Source of the DNA: Gemmatimonadota bacterium
GTDB lineage: Bacteria > Gemmatimonadota > Gemmatimonadetes > Longimicrobiales > Gaopeijiaceae
Reading direction: 5' to 3'
Assembly: GCA_012267505.1 (NCBI GenBank)
Contig: JAAXGI010000155.1
Location: 484-64,483, forward strand
Length of the DNA: 64,000 nucleotides
The notes under the pieces are model-generated. The model was not told the DNA's origin and did no database searches. It was given only the letters and a program-made list of their open reading frames with translations. Of this stretch, positions 21,134 through 31,463 are shown in pieces. Positions within the stretch are counted from its first letter, which is position 1, and every line of letters begins with the position of its first letter. Made by a program: the position numbers and the translations under genes.

Positions 21134-21685
21134 TCAGACGGACATGACCTCCTTCTCCTTGGCCTTGAGGAGTGCCTCGATCTGTCCCGCGTATCTGTCC
21201 GTGAGCCGCTGGATATCGTCCAGCTCGCGGTGGCCCGCGTCCCGCGGAATCTCACCGGCCCTCATCCCTGCTCTGACGGCATCGTTCCGCTCCCTCCGCG
21301 CGTACCGGACCGAGATCCGGGCCTCCTCGGCCAGCTTGTGTAGGAGGCGGGCGTACTCCCTTCTGCGCTCCTCATTCAGCGGCGGCACTGGGACGCGGAC
21401 GAACTGCCCGTCGTTGGCCGGATTGAGGCCGAGGTTTGCCCTGAGGATCCCCTTCTCGATCTCGCCGATCAGCGATGGATCGAATGGATGCACGACGATG
21501 AGCGAGGCTTCCGGAGCGGAGACTGTGGCGATCTGGTTCAGCGGCAGTTTCGACCCGTAGGCGGCCACCCGCACCGTATCGAGCAGCGCCGGTGTTGCCT
21601 TCCCCGTGCGCACGGCGGCGAACTCGCGGCGAAGCGCCGCCAGCGCGTCTTCCATGCGCTTTCTCATCTCTTGGTCGCTAAGCAT
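21134..21685 (-). CDS. frr: Ribosome recycling factor
   Basis: 183 aa: MLSDQEMRKRMEDALAALRREFAAVRTGKATPALLD...NEERRREY. Confidence 0.95.
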   Translation of the reverse strand: MLSDQEMRKRMEDALAALRREFAAVRTGKATPALLDTVRVAAYGSKLPLNQIATVSAPEASLIVVHPFDPSLIGEIEKGILRANLGLNPANDGQFVRVPVPPLNEERRREYARLLHKLAEEARISVRYARRERNDAVRAGMRAGEIPRDAGHRELDDIQRLTDRYAGQIEALLKAKEKEVMSV

Positions 21686-21778
21686 CCCGTCCCCTCGGTG
21701 CCGGTCGTTGCCCGCCAGCGGCCTCTCTCCGGTATCCGTCTGTCCGCCCGGTCGCTTCGTGAACCGGGGCGGTCGCTC

Positions 21779-22483
21779 TCAAGACACCAGCGTCCCCACC
21801 GGTTCTCCCCGGACGGCCGCGCGAACAGCCCCGATCTGATGCAGGTTCAGCACGATGATCGGAAGTCCGTTCTCCTTGCAGAGCGAGACGGCGGGCGCAT
21901 CCATGATGTCGAGCTCCCGCACCACGACCTCATTGAAGCTCACCGCCGTTAGGAGCGTGGCTTCGGGATGCTCGGCCGGATCGGCGGTGTAGACGCCGGC
22001 CACCTTGGTGGCCTTGATCACGATCTCCGCGCCGATCTCGATCGCCCGGAGGACGGCGGCCGTATCGGTCGAGAAGTAGGGATTACCCGTCCCACCCGCA
22101 AAGAGGACGACACGGCCCTTTTCAAGATGGCGAAGCGCCCGCCGCCGGATATACGGCTCGGCCAGCTTCTCCATCCGGATCGCGGTCAGGACTCGCGTGG
22201 GGACGCCTTTCCGCTCAAGCATGTCCTGGAGCGCCATCGCGTTGATCACGGTGGCGAGCATCCCCATGTAGTCCGCGTTGACCCGGTCCATCCCCTGCTT
22301 TGACGCGACCGTACCGCGGATGATGTTCCCGCCGCCTACGACGACCCCGAGCTGCACGCCCATCGCGTGGAGCTGCTTCAGCTCCTCAGTCAGCGCGTCG
22401 ACGACCGGGGGATCGATCCCGAAGCCGCGGTCGCCGGAGAGTGCCTCCCCCGAGAGCTTGAGGAGAACACGCTGATACTTCAT
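21779..22483 (-). CDS. pyrH: UMP kinase
   Basis: KYQRVLLKLSGEAL...VVVGGGNIIRG. ATG 22483 overlaps the tsf TGA by 1 nt (GTG 22486 also possible). Confidence 0.95.
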   Translation of the reverse strand: MKYQRVLLKLSGEALSGDRGFGIDPPVVDALTEELKQLHAMGVQLGVVVGGGNIIRGTVASKQGMDRVNADYMGMLATVINAMALQDMLERKGVPTRVLTAIRMEKLAEPYIRRRALRHLEKGRVVLFAGGTGNPYFSTDTAAVLRAIEIGAEIVIKATKVAGVYTADPAEHPEATLLTAVSFNEVVVRELDIMDAPAVSLCKENGLPIIVLNLHQIGAVRAAVRGEPVGTLVS

Positions 22484-23082
22484 CACCCCATGACACCGAC
22501 CTCGAAGCGGGCGAAGCGGGCAATGCGGACATTCTCACCGGTCTTGGCCGCGATCGCAGTCACGAGATCCCCGATCGACCGGTCCGGATCCTTGACGAAC
22601 TTCTGCCTGAGGAGCGTCGACTCCTCATAGAACTTCCTCAGTTTCCCCTCGATGATCCTCTCGTGGATCGCCTCTGGTTTTCCCTCGCTTCGCACCTGCT
22701 CTAGGTAGATCCGGCGCTCCTTCTCGACGAGCTCCGGGGACAGCTCTTCCGGGCTCAGCGCGAGGGGACGCGCGGCGGCAATGTGCATCGCGACGTCACG
22801 GGCCAACTGGCAGAACTCGTCCGTCTTGGCGACGAAGTCCGTCTCGCAGTTCAGCTCGACGAGTACGCCGATCCGGCCCCCGTGATGAATGTACTGCCCG
22901 ACTGTCCCCTCGTTCGCGGCGCGGTCGGCCCGTTTGGCAACCTTCGCGGCACCCTTCATGCGAAGCAGGTCCACAGCTGCCTCGAGGTCGCCGCCGGTCT
23001 CGATAAGGGCACGCTTGCAGTCCATGATCCCGGCTCCCGTGTGTTCCCTGAGAGCCTTCACTTCCCTTGCGCTGACACTCAT
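22483..23082 (-). CDS. tsf: Translation elongation factor Ts (short, ~199-aa form)
   Basis: MSVSAREVKALREHTGAGIMDCKRALIETGGDLEAAVDLLRMKG is the UBA-like N-terminus. It sits in the conserved rpsB-tsf-pyrH order. Confidence 0.95.
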   Translation of the reverse strand: MSVSAREVKALREHTGAGIMDCKRALIETGGDLEAAVDLLRMKGAAKVAKRADRAANEGTVGQYIHHGGRIGVLVELNCETDFVAKTDEFCQLARDVAMHIAAARPLALSPEELSPELVEKERRIYLEQVRSEGKPEAIHERIIEGKLRKFYEESTLLRQKFVKDPDRSIGDLVTAIAAKTGENVRIARFARFEVGVMG

Positions 23083-23176
23083 CGTGACTTCTCCAACATC
23101 GCGTTCCGGGGGCTGATCCGGATCGAAGGAAGGGCCGACGTATGGACGGAATACGCGCGACCCGGAACGGGACGCC

Positions 23177-23198
23177 GTGCCGGGACCCGTCCCGGCAC
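23177..23198 (-). other. Perfect 10-bp GC-rich hairpin in the rpsB-tsf spacer
   Basis: GTGCCGGGAC-CC-GTCCCGGCAC lies just downstream of the rpsB stop. No U-tract follows, so it is more likely a processing, attenuation or stability element than a full terminator. Confidence 0.35.
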
Positions 23199-23205
23199 CG
23201 GCGCG

Positions 23206-24144
23206 CTACCCGGCGGCCGGGCTCTCTCCCGCCTTCGGCGGTGGTGCAGGCGGCTTTGCGGCCTTGGCTGAGGAATCGGACTTCTGCAGCTGTCTGATCA
23301 CATCCGGTCGGGGCCGGCGCCTGCGCCGCACCCGGCGCCTGAAGGAGTCCTCCGGCGCTGCCGACTTCTCTCCGGTTTCGGTGGAGTACGTCGTGGCTTC
23401 CCGCTCGTCCGCTCTCCGGCGCTTCTGCTCGGGAATCTCCCGGCTTGCCGTGCGAACCGTATCGGCGATCGCTTTAACGATGAGGTTCACCGAGCGGATC
23501 GCATCGTCGTTTCCCGGAATCGGGTAGTCGATCTGGTCCGGGTCCGCATTCGTGTCGGCGATCGCGACAACCGGGATCCCGAGACGATTCGCTTCCCGCA
23601 CGGCGATGAGTTCCCGCCTGGCGTCGACAACGAAGACGATCCCCGGGAGACGCCCCATGTCCTTCACGCCCGAGAAGTACTTCTCGAGCTTCTCGCGCTC
23701 GCGGTCGAGAAGTAACTGCTCCTTCTTCGTATAGAACTCGAAGGCGTTCTCCTCTTGGCCCCGCTCCAGCTCCTTCAGCCTACGAATCTGCTGGCGGATC
23801 GTCTGGAAATTCGTGAGCATGCCCCCTAGCCACCTCTCGGTAACGAAAAGCGAGCCGCAGCCCCCGGCATGCTGCTCGATCACTTCTCGCAGCTGGGGCT
23901 TCGTGCAGACGAAGAGGAGCCGGTCCCCGTTGAGAACGACCTCGCGGGTAACTGCCTCCGCGGCGCGGAGACGCTCGACGGTCTTCCGTAGGTCGATAAT
24001 GTGGATCCCGTTGCGTTCTGCGAAGATAAACTTGCGCATCTTCGGGTTCCACCTGCGGGTCTGGTGCCCAAAATGGACACCGGCCTCCAGCAGGTGGCTC
24101 AGCCCAACCTGTCCGTCCGCTACCGGGATCGAATGCCTGGCCAC
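23206..24144 (-). CDS. rpsB: 30S ribosomal protein S2 (with a ~60-aa basic/low-complexity C-terminal extension)
   Basis: [35 protein letters not shown]. The only in-frame start before the conserved core and after rpsI is GTG 24144, 4 nt past the rpsI stop. Confidence 0.92.
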   Translation of the reverse strand: MARHSIPVADGQVGLSHLLEAGVHFGHQTRRWNPKMRKFIFAERNGIHIIDLRKTVERLRAAEAVTREVVLNGDRLLFVCTKPQLREVIEQHAGGCGSLFVTERWLGGMLTNFQTIRQQIRRLKELERGQEENAFEFYTKKEQLLLDREREKLEKYFSGVKDMGRLPGIVFVVDARRELIAVREANRLGIPVVAIADTNADPDQIDYPIPGNDDAIRSVNLIVKAIADTVRTASREIPEQKRRRADEREATTYSTETGEKSAAPEDSFRRRVRRRRRPRPDVIRQLQKSDSSAKAAKPPAPPPKAGESPAAG

Positions 24145-24148
24145 GTCC

Positions 24149-24550
24149 CTATCTCTTGCTGAACTGGAATCGCTTGCGGGCCTTCGGCCGCCCCGGCTTT
24201 TTGCGCTCGACGCGGCGCGCATCGCGGGTGAGCAGGCCGTGCTGCCGGAGAAGTGGGCGCAACTGTTCGTCCCGCGCGAGGATTGCCCGCGCAAGCCCGA
24301 GCCGGATCGCGTCGGCCTGTCCCGTCATGCCCCCGCCGGACACCCGGACCGTCACATCCACAAGCCCGTAGTAGTCCGTGACCCGGAGCGATTCCTCCGC
24401 GCGCTTGCGATGGAAGACACGGGGGAAATAGTCCTTGAGAGGGCGTCCGTTGATCGACCACACGCCGCGGCCCGGAGTGATCACGACGCGCGCCGTGCTC
24501 GACTTGCGTCGACCCACCGCTTGGTGTTTATCGGTCGGCTCGGGAGCCAT
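24149..24550 (-). CDS. rpsI: 30S ribosomal protein S9
   Basis: 133 aa ending ...[22 protein letters not shown], a canonical S9 C-terminus. Confidence 0.95.
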   Translation of the reverse strand: MAPEPTDKHQAVGRRKSSTARVVITPGRGVWSINGRPLKDYFPRVFHRKRAEESLRVTDYYGLVDVTVRVSGGGMTGQADAIRLGLARAILARDEQLRPLLRQHGLLTRDARRVERKKPGRPKARKRFQFSKR

Positions 24551-24598
24551 GGATTCGCCTGCTGCCCGTCTGGCTTTGAGGGTTACCGCTTATCGGGT

Positions 24599-25027
24599 TC
24601 AGATTTCGAGGGACTGTGGATCCTGCCCCTGATGCGGATGGTCGGTTCCGGCATAGACCTTGAGCTTCCTCCGCATCGCTCGCCCTAGCGCGTTCTTCGG
24701 GAGCATCCCCTTGACCGCGAGCTCTAGTACGCGCTCCGGGTGGGTCTCGATCATCCTCCGGAAGGGGATGTGCTGCCCGCCGCCCACATAGCCGGAGTGA
24801 CGGAAGTATGTCTTCTTGTCCGCTTTCGAGCCCGTCAGGCGTACCTTTTCGGCGTTGAGGATCACAACGTAGTCACCGGTGTCCAGGTGAGGCGTGTAGA
24901 TCGGCTTGTGCTTGCCGCGGAGGATCCGGGCGAGCTCCGTGGCGAGGCGGCCGAGCGGCCGGTCGGTGGCGTCCACCAGCCACCACCTGCGCTCAATCTC
25001 GCCCACTTTCGGCGTATGCGTCTTCAT
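24599..25027 (-). CDS. rplM: 50S ribosomal protein L13
   Basis: From ATG 25027: [47 protein letters not shown] (142 aa). The upstream part of track ORF 24599..25330 is not coding. Confidence 0.95.
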   Translation of the reverse strand: MKTHTPKVGEIERRWWLVDATDRPLGRLATELARILRGKHKPIYTPHLDTGDYVVILNAEKVRLTGSKADKKTYFRHSGYVGGGQHIPFRRMIETHPERVLELAVKGMLPKNALGRAMRRKLKVYAGTDHPHQGQDPQSLEI

Positions 25028-25091
25028 CTTTCCCAAGGCGCGCCGTGTCAGTCCGCTCCGCGATGCCCGCAAGTTGGAAAAATAGCGTTGA

Positions 25092-25120
25092 ATGATATTT
25101 CCGGGCCTCTGGGGTGTCAA
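25092..25120 (-). promoter_or_regulatory. Candidate sigma70 promoter of the rplM-rpsI(-rpsB...) cluster
   Basis: On the minus strand: TTGACA (25120..25115), a 17-nt spacer, then TATCAT (25097..25092), in a locally AT-richer patch about 65 nt upstream of the rplM ATG. Confidence 0.55.
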
Positions 25121-25490
25121 CGTCCGTGTGTTGGATGTTGGTAGCAAATGAACCCTGTCCGGGCTGTCAGCGCACGATTTGTCCGGCTTGCCCGGTGGTC
25201 GGATGGGCGTACTCGCTCGGGCAGCTCGACTGTGAGATCCTGGCGGGACCCGATGGACTCCGAACCCCTCGGCGGTGTGGGCCGATGCCCGACGAACGCG
25301 GCCAGCCGGTCCCGCCTTCTCCGGGATCATCTACGAACCTGAGCGAAGATGCGCTCCTGACGCACCCTGTCCCGGATCCCTCACCGGAAGGCTTGATCGC
25401 GGGTGCCGGCCGGAGGACGGACCGAGTCCGGTTCAACCGCCGTAGGGCCGGCCCTCCGGACGGTCGGCCACGCGGTCCTAGCGCTTGGAG

Positions 25491-25525
25491 TACAAAGCAG
25501 AAAGACTGCTCGCGGACACGAGCAG
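25491..25525 (-). terminator. Intrinsic terminator-like hairpin downstream of the sigma54 regulator gene
   Basis: On the minus strand: CTGCTCG-TGTCCG-CGAGCAG (25525..25506) followed by UCUUUCUGCUUUGUA. It lies about 160 nt past the stop at 25684. Confidence 0.55.
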
Positions 25526-25683
25526 ATCGTCCTGACCAGATAGATCTCGGGACTGGAACGGACAGGGAGCCCGCCCAGTGGCGGCTGGAACCGGACCTCG
25601 GAGCGGCCACCCGCACGCGGTGGGAAGGCGGGCGGGCACCCGGGATTGACTCGCCGCGCTTCCTCTTCCCGCTCCCCTTCCGG

Positions 25684-27045
25684 CTAACCGCCCCGCCTCA
25701 GCCCGAACCTGTCGATCCGCTTGTAGAGGTTCGAGCGCGGCATATCCAGCAGACGGGCCGTCTCGCTCACGTTCCAGTCGTTTTCCCTCAGCTTCTCCGA
25801 GAGGAATGCCCGCTCGGCCCTCTCCTTGAACTCCCTGAAGGTCGGTGTGCCGAGGAGGTCCCCGCCGAGGCCATCCTGTACGTGGTCCCTGGATCCGATC
25901 GCCTCGACGTCCTCGACCGTGATGGCGTCACCCGAGGCCAAGATCAGGAGCCGCTCGACTGTGTTCCGGAGTTCCCGAACGTTGCCGGGCCATTCGAGGC
26001 GAGCGAGCCGCGCGAGCGCATCCGGCTCGATTTCACGGCTGGGGAGGCCTTGGCGCGTCCCGATCTGCCGCTGGAAGTGATTCACGAGCATGGGAATGTC
26101 CTCCCTCCGCTCCCGGAGCGGTGGGACGTGCACAGGGACGACATTGAGGCGATAGAAGAGGTCCTCGCGGAAGCGGCCCGCATCGATCTCCGCAGCCAGA
26201 TCCTTGTTTGTGGCCGTGACGATCCGTACGTCGACCGACCGCGTCTTCTGTCCTCCCACCCTCGTTACATATCCCTCCTCGAGCGCCCGCAGGACCTTGG
26301 CCTGCGCGGACATCGACATGTCACCGATCTCGTCGAGGAAGAGTGTTCCGCTGTTTGCCTGCTCGAATTTCCCCGCGCGGTCGCGCACCGCTCCCGTAAA
26401 CGATCCCTTCATGTGCCCGAAGAGTTCCGACTCGATCAGTTCGGCCGGGATTGCGGCGCAGTTCAGCTCGACGAACGCGCGGTCCGCCCGGTGCGAGAGC
26501 CGGTGAACCGCCCGCGCCACCAACTCCTTCCCGGTCCCGTTCTCACCGGTGATGAGGACGCGGGCGTTCGTCGGTGCGACCCGCTCAACCCGCTCGAGCA
26601 CGCGCCGGAGAGCGGACGACGCTCCCACGATCTCGTGTCGCTCGTCGACCTCCGAGCGAAGCAGCGCCACTGACTCGGAGAGCCCGCGGACCCTGAGCGC
26701 GTTTCTGAGCGTGACGAGGAGCCGATCGGTGTCAAGCGGCTTCTCGAGGAAGTCGTAGGCCCCCTTGCGGGTCGCCTCGAGGGCGGTCGCGATCGTCCCG
26801 TGACCGGAGATCATCACGACTTGGCTCCGGGGTGAGACGGTCCGCAGCCGGTCCAGAACTTCAAGCCCATCCATCCCGGGGAGCTTGACATCTAGGAAGG
26901 TCACGTCGGGCGGAAGCACCTTGGCCAGCCGGAGGGCCTCGGCCCCGGAAGCTGCGACCCGGACTTCGTGGCCCTCGTACTCGAAGAGCTGCCGCAGGAC
27001 CTTCCGGATGGAATCCCCGTCATCGACGATGAGGAGCTGCGCCAT
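25684..27045 (-). CDS. Sigma-54-dependent response regulator (NtrC/NtrX/AtoC family)
   Basis: Receiver domain (MAQLLIVDDGDSIRKVL...DVKLPGMDGLEVL), AAA+ domain (GENGTGKELVARAVH...GAFTGA-like, ESELFGH) and a C-terminal Fis-type HTH (WNVSETARLLDMPRSNLYKRI). Confidence 0.93.
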   Translation of the reverse strand: MAQLLIVDDGDSIRKVLRQLFEYEGHEVRVAASGAEALRLAKVLPPDVTFLDVKLPGMDGLEVLDRLRTVSPRSQVVMISGHGTIATALEATRKGAYDFLEKPLDTDRLLVTLRNALRVRGLSESVALLRSEVDERHEIVGASSALRRVLERVERVAPTNARVLITGENGTGKELVARAVHRLSHRADRAFVELNCAAIPAELIESELFGHMKGSFTGAVRDRAGKFEQANSGTLFLDEIGDMSMSAQAKVLRALEEGYVTRVGGQKTRSVDVRIVTATNKDLAAEIDAGRFREDLFYRLNVVPVHVPPLRERREDIPMLVNHFQRQIGTRQGLPSREIEPDALARLARLEWPGNVRELRNTVERLLILASGDAITVEDVEAIGSRDHVQDGLGGDLLGTPTFREFKERAERAFLSEKLRENDWNVSETARLLDMPRSNLYKRIDRFGLRRGG

Positions 27046-27294
27046 GTGGACGGTTCCCGCGCGACGGCCGGGGAGCGGGTCAGGAGCACCCGCTGACGGT
27101 CAGACGAACGGTCCGAATCTAGGGTGCCGGTTCCGCCGCGGGTAGCGGGCCAGAGTCGCGGCCACGGGCTACGGTCTCCGCCCGGCGGCCGCGCGCCAAA
27201 GCTGGTCGGCCGGCGAGGGCGTAGCGGCCGGATGGCTGCCCAACATCCCGGGAGGGGAGACAACAACGCGTCCCCGGAGGGTCCCACCCGGGCA

Positions 27295-27870
27295 TCACGC
27301 CTTCCCCGAAGGCGCCTTCAGAGGGCTCTCGCGAAGCAACGTGTAGCGGCGCCCTCCTCGCGACATCTGGCTCCGCATCAGGTCCACGGTGCCGGCATCG
27401 ACCGTTCCGCAGTAGCCGAGCTCTGCGGCCATGGCATCGAGGCCCCGGAACGCCCCGGCGCCCTCTCGCTCACTCGCCCTACCGAGCGTCACATGCGGAT
27501 GGAAGGCCCGCATCTCCCGCTCGTAGCCGTGGTTGGCGAGACTCCACTCGAGGTCCTGCTTCAGGCAGCGAAGGGCCGGAGTGGGCTCGATACCGATCCA
27601 GAGCACCCTGGGCCGGCGGATCGTCGGAAAGGCGCCGAACCCGCCGACCGTCAGCGGAAACGCCCCCGTTGCCGCCGCCACGCGGTCGACCACGCCCTCT
27701 ACGGCGGGAACGGCCTCCGCACGGATGTTGCCGAGGAACTTGAGGGTGAGGTGATAGAGCTCCGGCTCCAGCCAGCTCACTGGAAAGCCGGCCTCCCTGA
27801 GAGGAGCGGCCGCGCGGTAGACCCTCTGCCGCTCGGCTTCTGGCAGGTTCAGCGCAATGAAGAGTCGCAT
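27295..27870 (-). CDS. thpR: RNA 2',3'-cyclic phosphodiesterase (2H phosphoesterase, ThpR/LigT)
   Basis: MRLFIALNLP... with two HxT/S motifs (HLTLKFLG and HVTLGR), 191 aa. Confidence 0.85.
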   Translation of the reverse strand: MRLFIALNLPEAERQRVYRAAAPLREAGFPVSWLEPELYHLTLKFLGNIRAEAVPAVEGVVDRVAAATGAFPLTVGGFGAFPTIRRPRVLWIGIEPTPALRCLKQDLEWSLANHGYEREMRAFHPHVTLGRASEREGAGAFRGLDAMAAELGYCGTVDAGTVDLMRSQMSRGGRRYTLLRESPLKAPSGKA

Positions 27871-28000
27871 GATCCGGTCACCGGACGAGGCTCAGCGGAA
27901 AACCCCCGATCGGCCCGACGGTTCCCGCCGCTCCGGCAGCCGGACAACCAGCGGCCCAGGCACGCCGCCGGACTGGGGAGCCCCGCGAGGCGCTGGGTCG

Positions 28001-29758
<1,758 letters not shown>

Positions 29759-30021
29759 GGGTGCGACCTCGCGGCTCGTCAAGACCCCCGGTTCTGCCCC
29801 GGACGGCGTCCCGGGCGCAGGACAAAAACGATGTGCCCCGAGTCCGGGGGACGCAAGGCGCCCCCACATGCGCCTTCGGGGACGCTGCCGGATCTGGAGC
29901 CCATTGCCATACCGGGCCCGCCTCTCTATCTCTTGTCGCGCCGAGCGGCCGGCCCCGGCTTCCGCCATACTTCCGGACGCGCCGGCAGCAAGCCGAACCA
30001 CCCTCTGCCTGCGAGTGAGAC

Positions 30022-31158
30022 ATGCGCCTAGCCGTCCTCCGGGAGAGCGACCCGAAGGAACGCCGCGTCGCTCTAGCACCTGCCCACGTTGCCCCGCTCG
30101 CTGACGCGGGATGGAAAGTCTCCGTCGAAGAGGGGGCGGGGCTCCGGGCCGGGTGGGACGACGGGGCGTACCGCGAGGCCGGCGCCGGGGTCGCCGCCGA
30201 CCGGTCGGCTCTCCTCCGGGATGCGGACTGCGTCATCAAGGTCCGGCCCCCGGTGTCCGGTGGAGAGGGGGACGAGGTGGGCCAGCTTCCAGAGGGGTGC
30301 GTCCTCGTCTCCTTCCTCTCGCCCGGCACTCCGGCAAGCCTTCTCGATGAGCTCGCCGGGCGCGGGGTCTCGGCGATGGCGCTCGAGCGGATCCCGCGCA
30401 CGACACGCGCCCAGCGGATGGACGCGCTCTCGTCGCAGGCTACCGCTGCAGGCTACCGTGCGGTACTCGTCGCAGCTGCACGCCTTCCTCGGTTCTTCCC
30501 GATGCTCACGACGGCGGCGGGGACGATGCGTCCCGCCAAAGTGACCGTCCTCGGCGCCGGCGTGGCCGGGCTCCAGGCTATCGCGACGGCACGGCGGCTC
30601 GGGGCGGTCGTCCAAGGATACGACATTCGTGCGGCGGCCGCCGAGCAGGTGCGGAGTCTCGGCGCCACATTCCTCGAAGACGATGGGAGCGCCGGGGACG
30701 CCGAGGGAGAGGGAGGCTACGCCCGGGCGCTCGGCGCGAGCGAGCGGGACCGCCAACTTGCCTTTCTCGGCCGGCATCTGCCGGCCGCGGATGTGGTCGT
30801 GACGACTGCGCAGATCCCGGGCAAGCCTGCTCCCCTACTCGTGACACGGGAGACGGTCGAGCGGATGCGCCCCGGTTCGGTCGTCGTGGACCTAGCGGGC
30901 GAGACGGGAGGCAACTGCGAGCTCTCCGTCGCGGGCGAGGAGGTCCGACACCACGGCGTGACGATCCTCGCCCCCGTCGACCTCCCGTCCGGTGTGGCAC
31001 AGCACTCGAGCCAGATGCTGGGCACGAACGTGAGCGCCCTTCTTGCGCTTCTGGTAGGGGAAGGATCCCTCAGGATCGATCTGGAGGACGATATCGTGGA
31101 CGGGGTCCTCGTCACCCACGCGGGCACTGTTCGGATCGCGGAGGCGGAAGGAGGCTAG
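30022..31158 (+). CDS. pntAA: NAD(P) transhydrogenase subunit alpha, part 1
   Basis: MRLAVLRESDPKERRVALAP... is an alanine-dehydrogenase-like dI domain with the VTVLGAGVAGLQAIATARRLGA Rossmann motif. Confidence 0.93.
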   Translation: MRLAVLRESDPKERRVALAPAHVAPLADAGWKVSVEEGAGLRAGWDDGAYREAGAGVAADRSALLRDADCVIKVRPPVSGGEGDEVGQLPEGCVLVSFLSPGTPASLLDELAGRGVSAMALERIPRTTRAQRMDALSSQATAAGYRAVLVAAARLPRFFPMLTTAAGTMRPAKVTVLGAGVAGLQAIATARRLGAVVQGYDIRAAAAEQVRSLGATFLEDDGSAGDAEGEGGYARALGASERDRQLAFLGRHLPAADVVVTTAQIPGKPAPLLVTRETVERMRPGSVVVDLAGETGGNCELSVAGEEVRHHGVTILAPVDLPSGVAQHSSQMLGTNVSALLALLVGEGSLRIDLEDDIVDGVLVTHAGTVRIAEAEGG

Positions 31159-31161
31159 GAG

Positions 31162-31440
31162 ATGGGCGAGTGGCTGATCGGAACCTACGTGTTCGTTCTA
31201 GCGATGCTTCTGGGGTTCGAGCTCATCACGCGCGTGCCCCCCACGCTCCACACCCCGCTCATGTCTGGGGCGAACGCCGTCTCCGGGATCACCCTTATCG
31301 GCGCACTTCTCGTGGCCGGCAGCGGATCGGGGGGGCTCGCCGCGCTGCTCGGAGGCGTCGCCGTCTTCATGGCGGCAATCAACGTCGTCGGGGGATTTCT
31401 GGTGACGGACCGCATGCTCCGGATGTTCCGCAAGAACTGA
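31162..31440 (+). CDS. pntAB: NAD(P) transhydrogenase subunit alpha, part 2 (membrane)
   Basis: 92 aa with three hydrophobic helices: LHTPLMSGANAVSGITLIGALL. It lies 3 nt after pntAA. Confidence 0.9.
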   Translation: MGEWLIGTYVFVLAMLLGFELITRVPPTLHTPLMSGANAVSGITLIGALLVAGSGSGGLAALLGGVAVFMAAINVVGGFLVTDRMLRMFRKN

Positions 31441-31463
31441 CCCGCTAGCCAGGTAGGGAAGGC

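Noticed and set aside
25135-25200. A CxxC-x4-CxxC motif ([12 protein letters not shown]) at the start of the plus-strand ORF, suggesting a small zinc-ribbon protein.
   Set aside because: The frame has no stop for 1.5 kb and would run antisense through the whole regulator gene. GC3 is mediocre and there is no SD.
25121-25683. Possible RNase P RNA, tmRNA or 6S RNA in the empty interval upstream of rplM. The size fits, there is a GUCCGGGCU-like string at about 25155-25170, and a GGUUCGGAGUCC...CGCCA string on the minus strand.
   Set aside because: The RNase P core motifs are absent on both strands: GAGGAAAGUCCGGGC, GGUGAAA-type J11/12 and ACAGAAxCCGGCUUA. There is no tmRNA 5' GGGG...UUCGAC, no T-arm with complementary stems, and no tag reading frame ending in a hydrophobic tail plus stop. 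6S RNA has no sequence signature I can test by eye.
25114-26673. Long antisense or shadow ORFs typical of high-GC DNA. Examples: 25114..26673(+), 27857..29464(+), 14531..16015(-), 37008..38084(+), 37108..38400(-), 42859..44584(+), 52192..53736(+), 55577..56614(+) and 63002..63604(-).
   Set aside because: Each lies opposite or out of frame to a gene with clear family signatures. The products are Arg/Pro/Gly/Ser-rich with no recognisable motifs.
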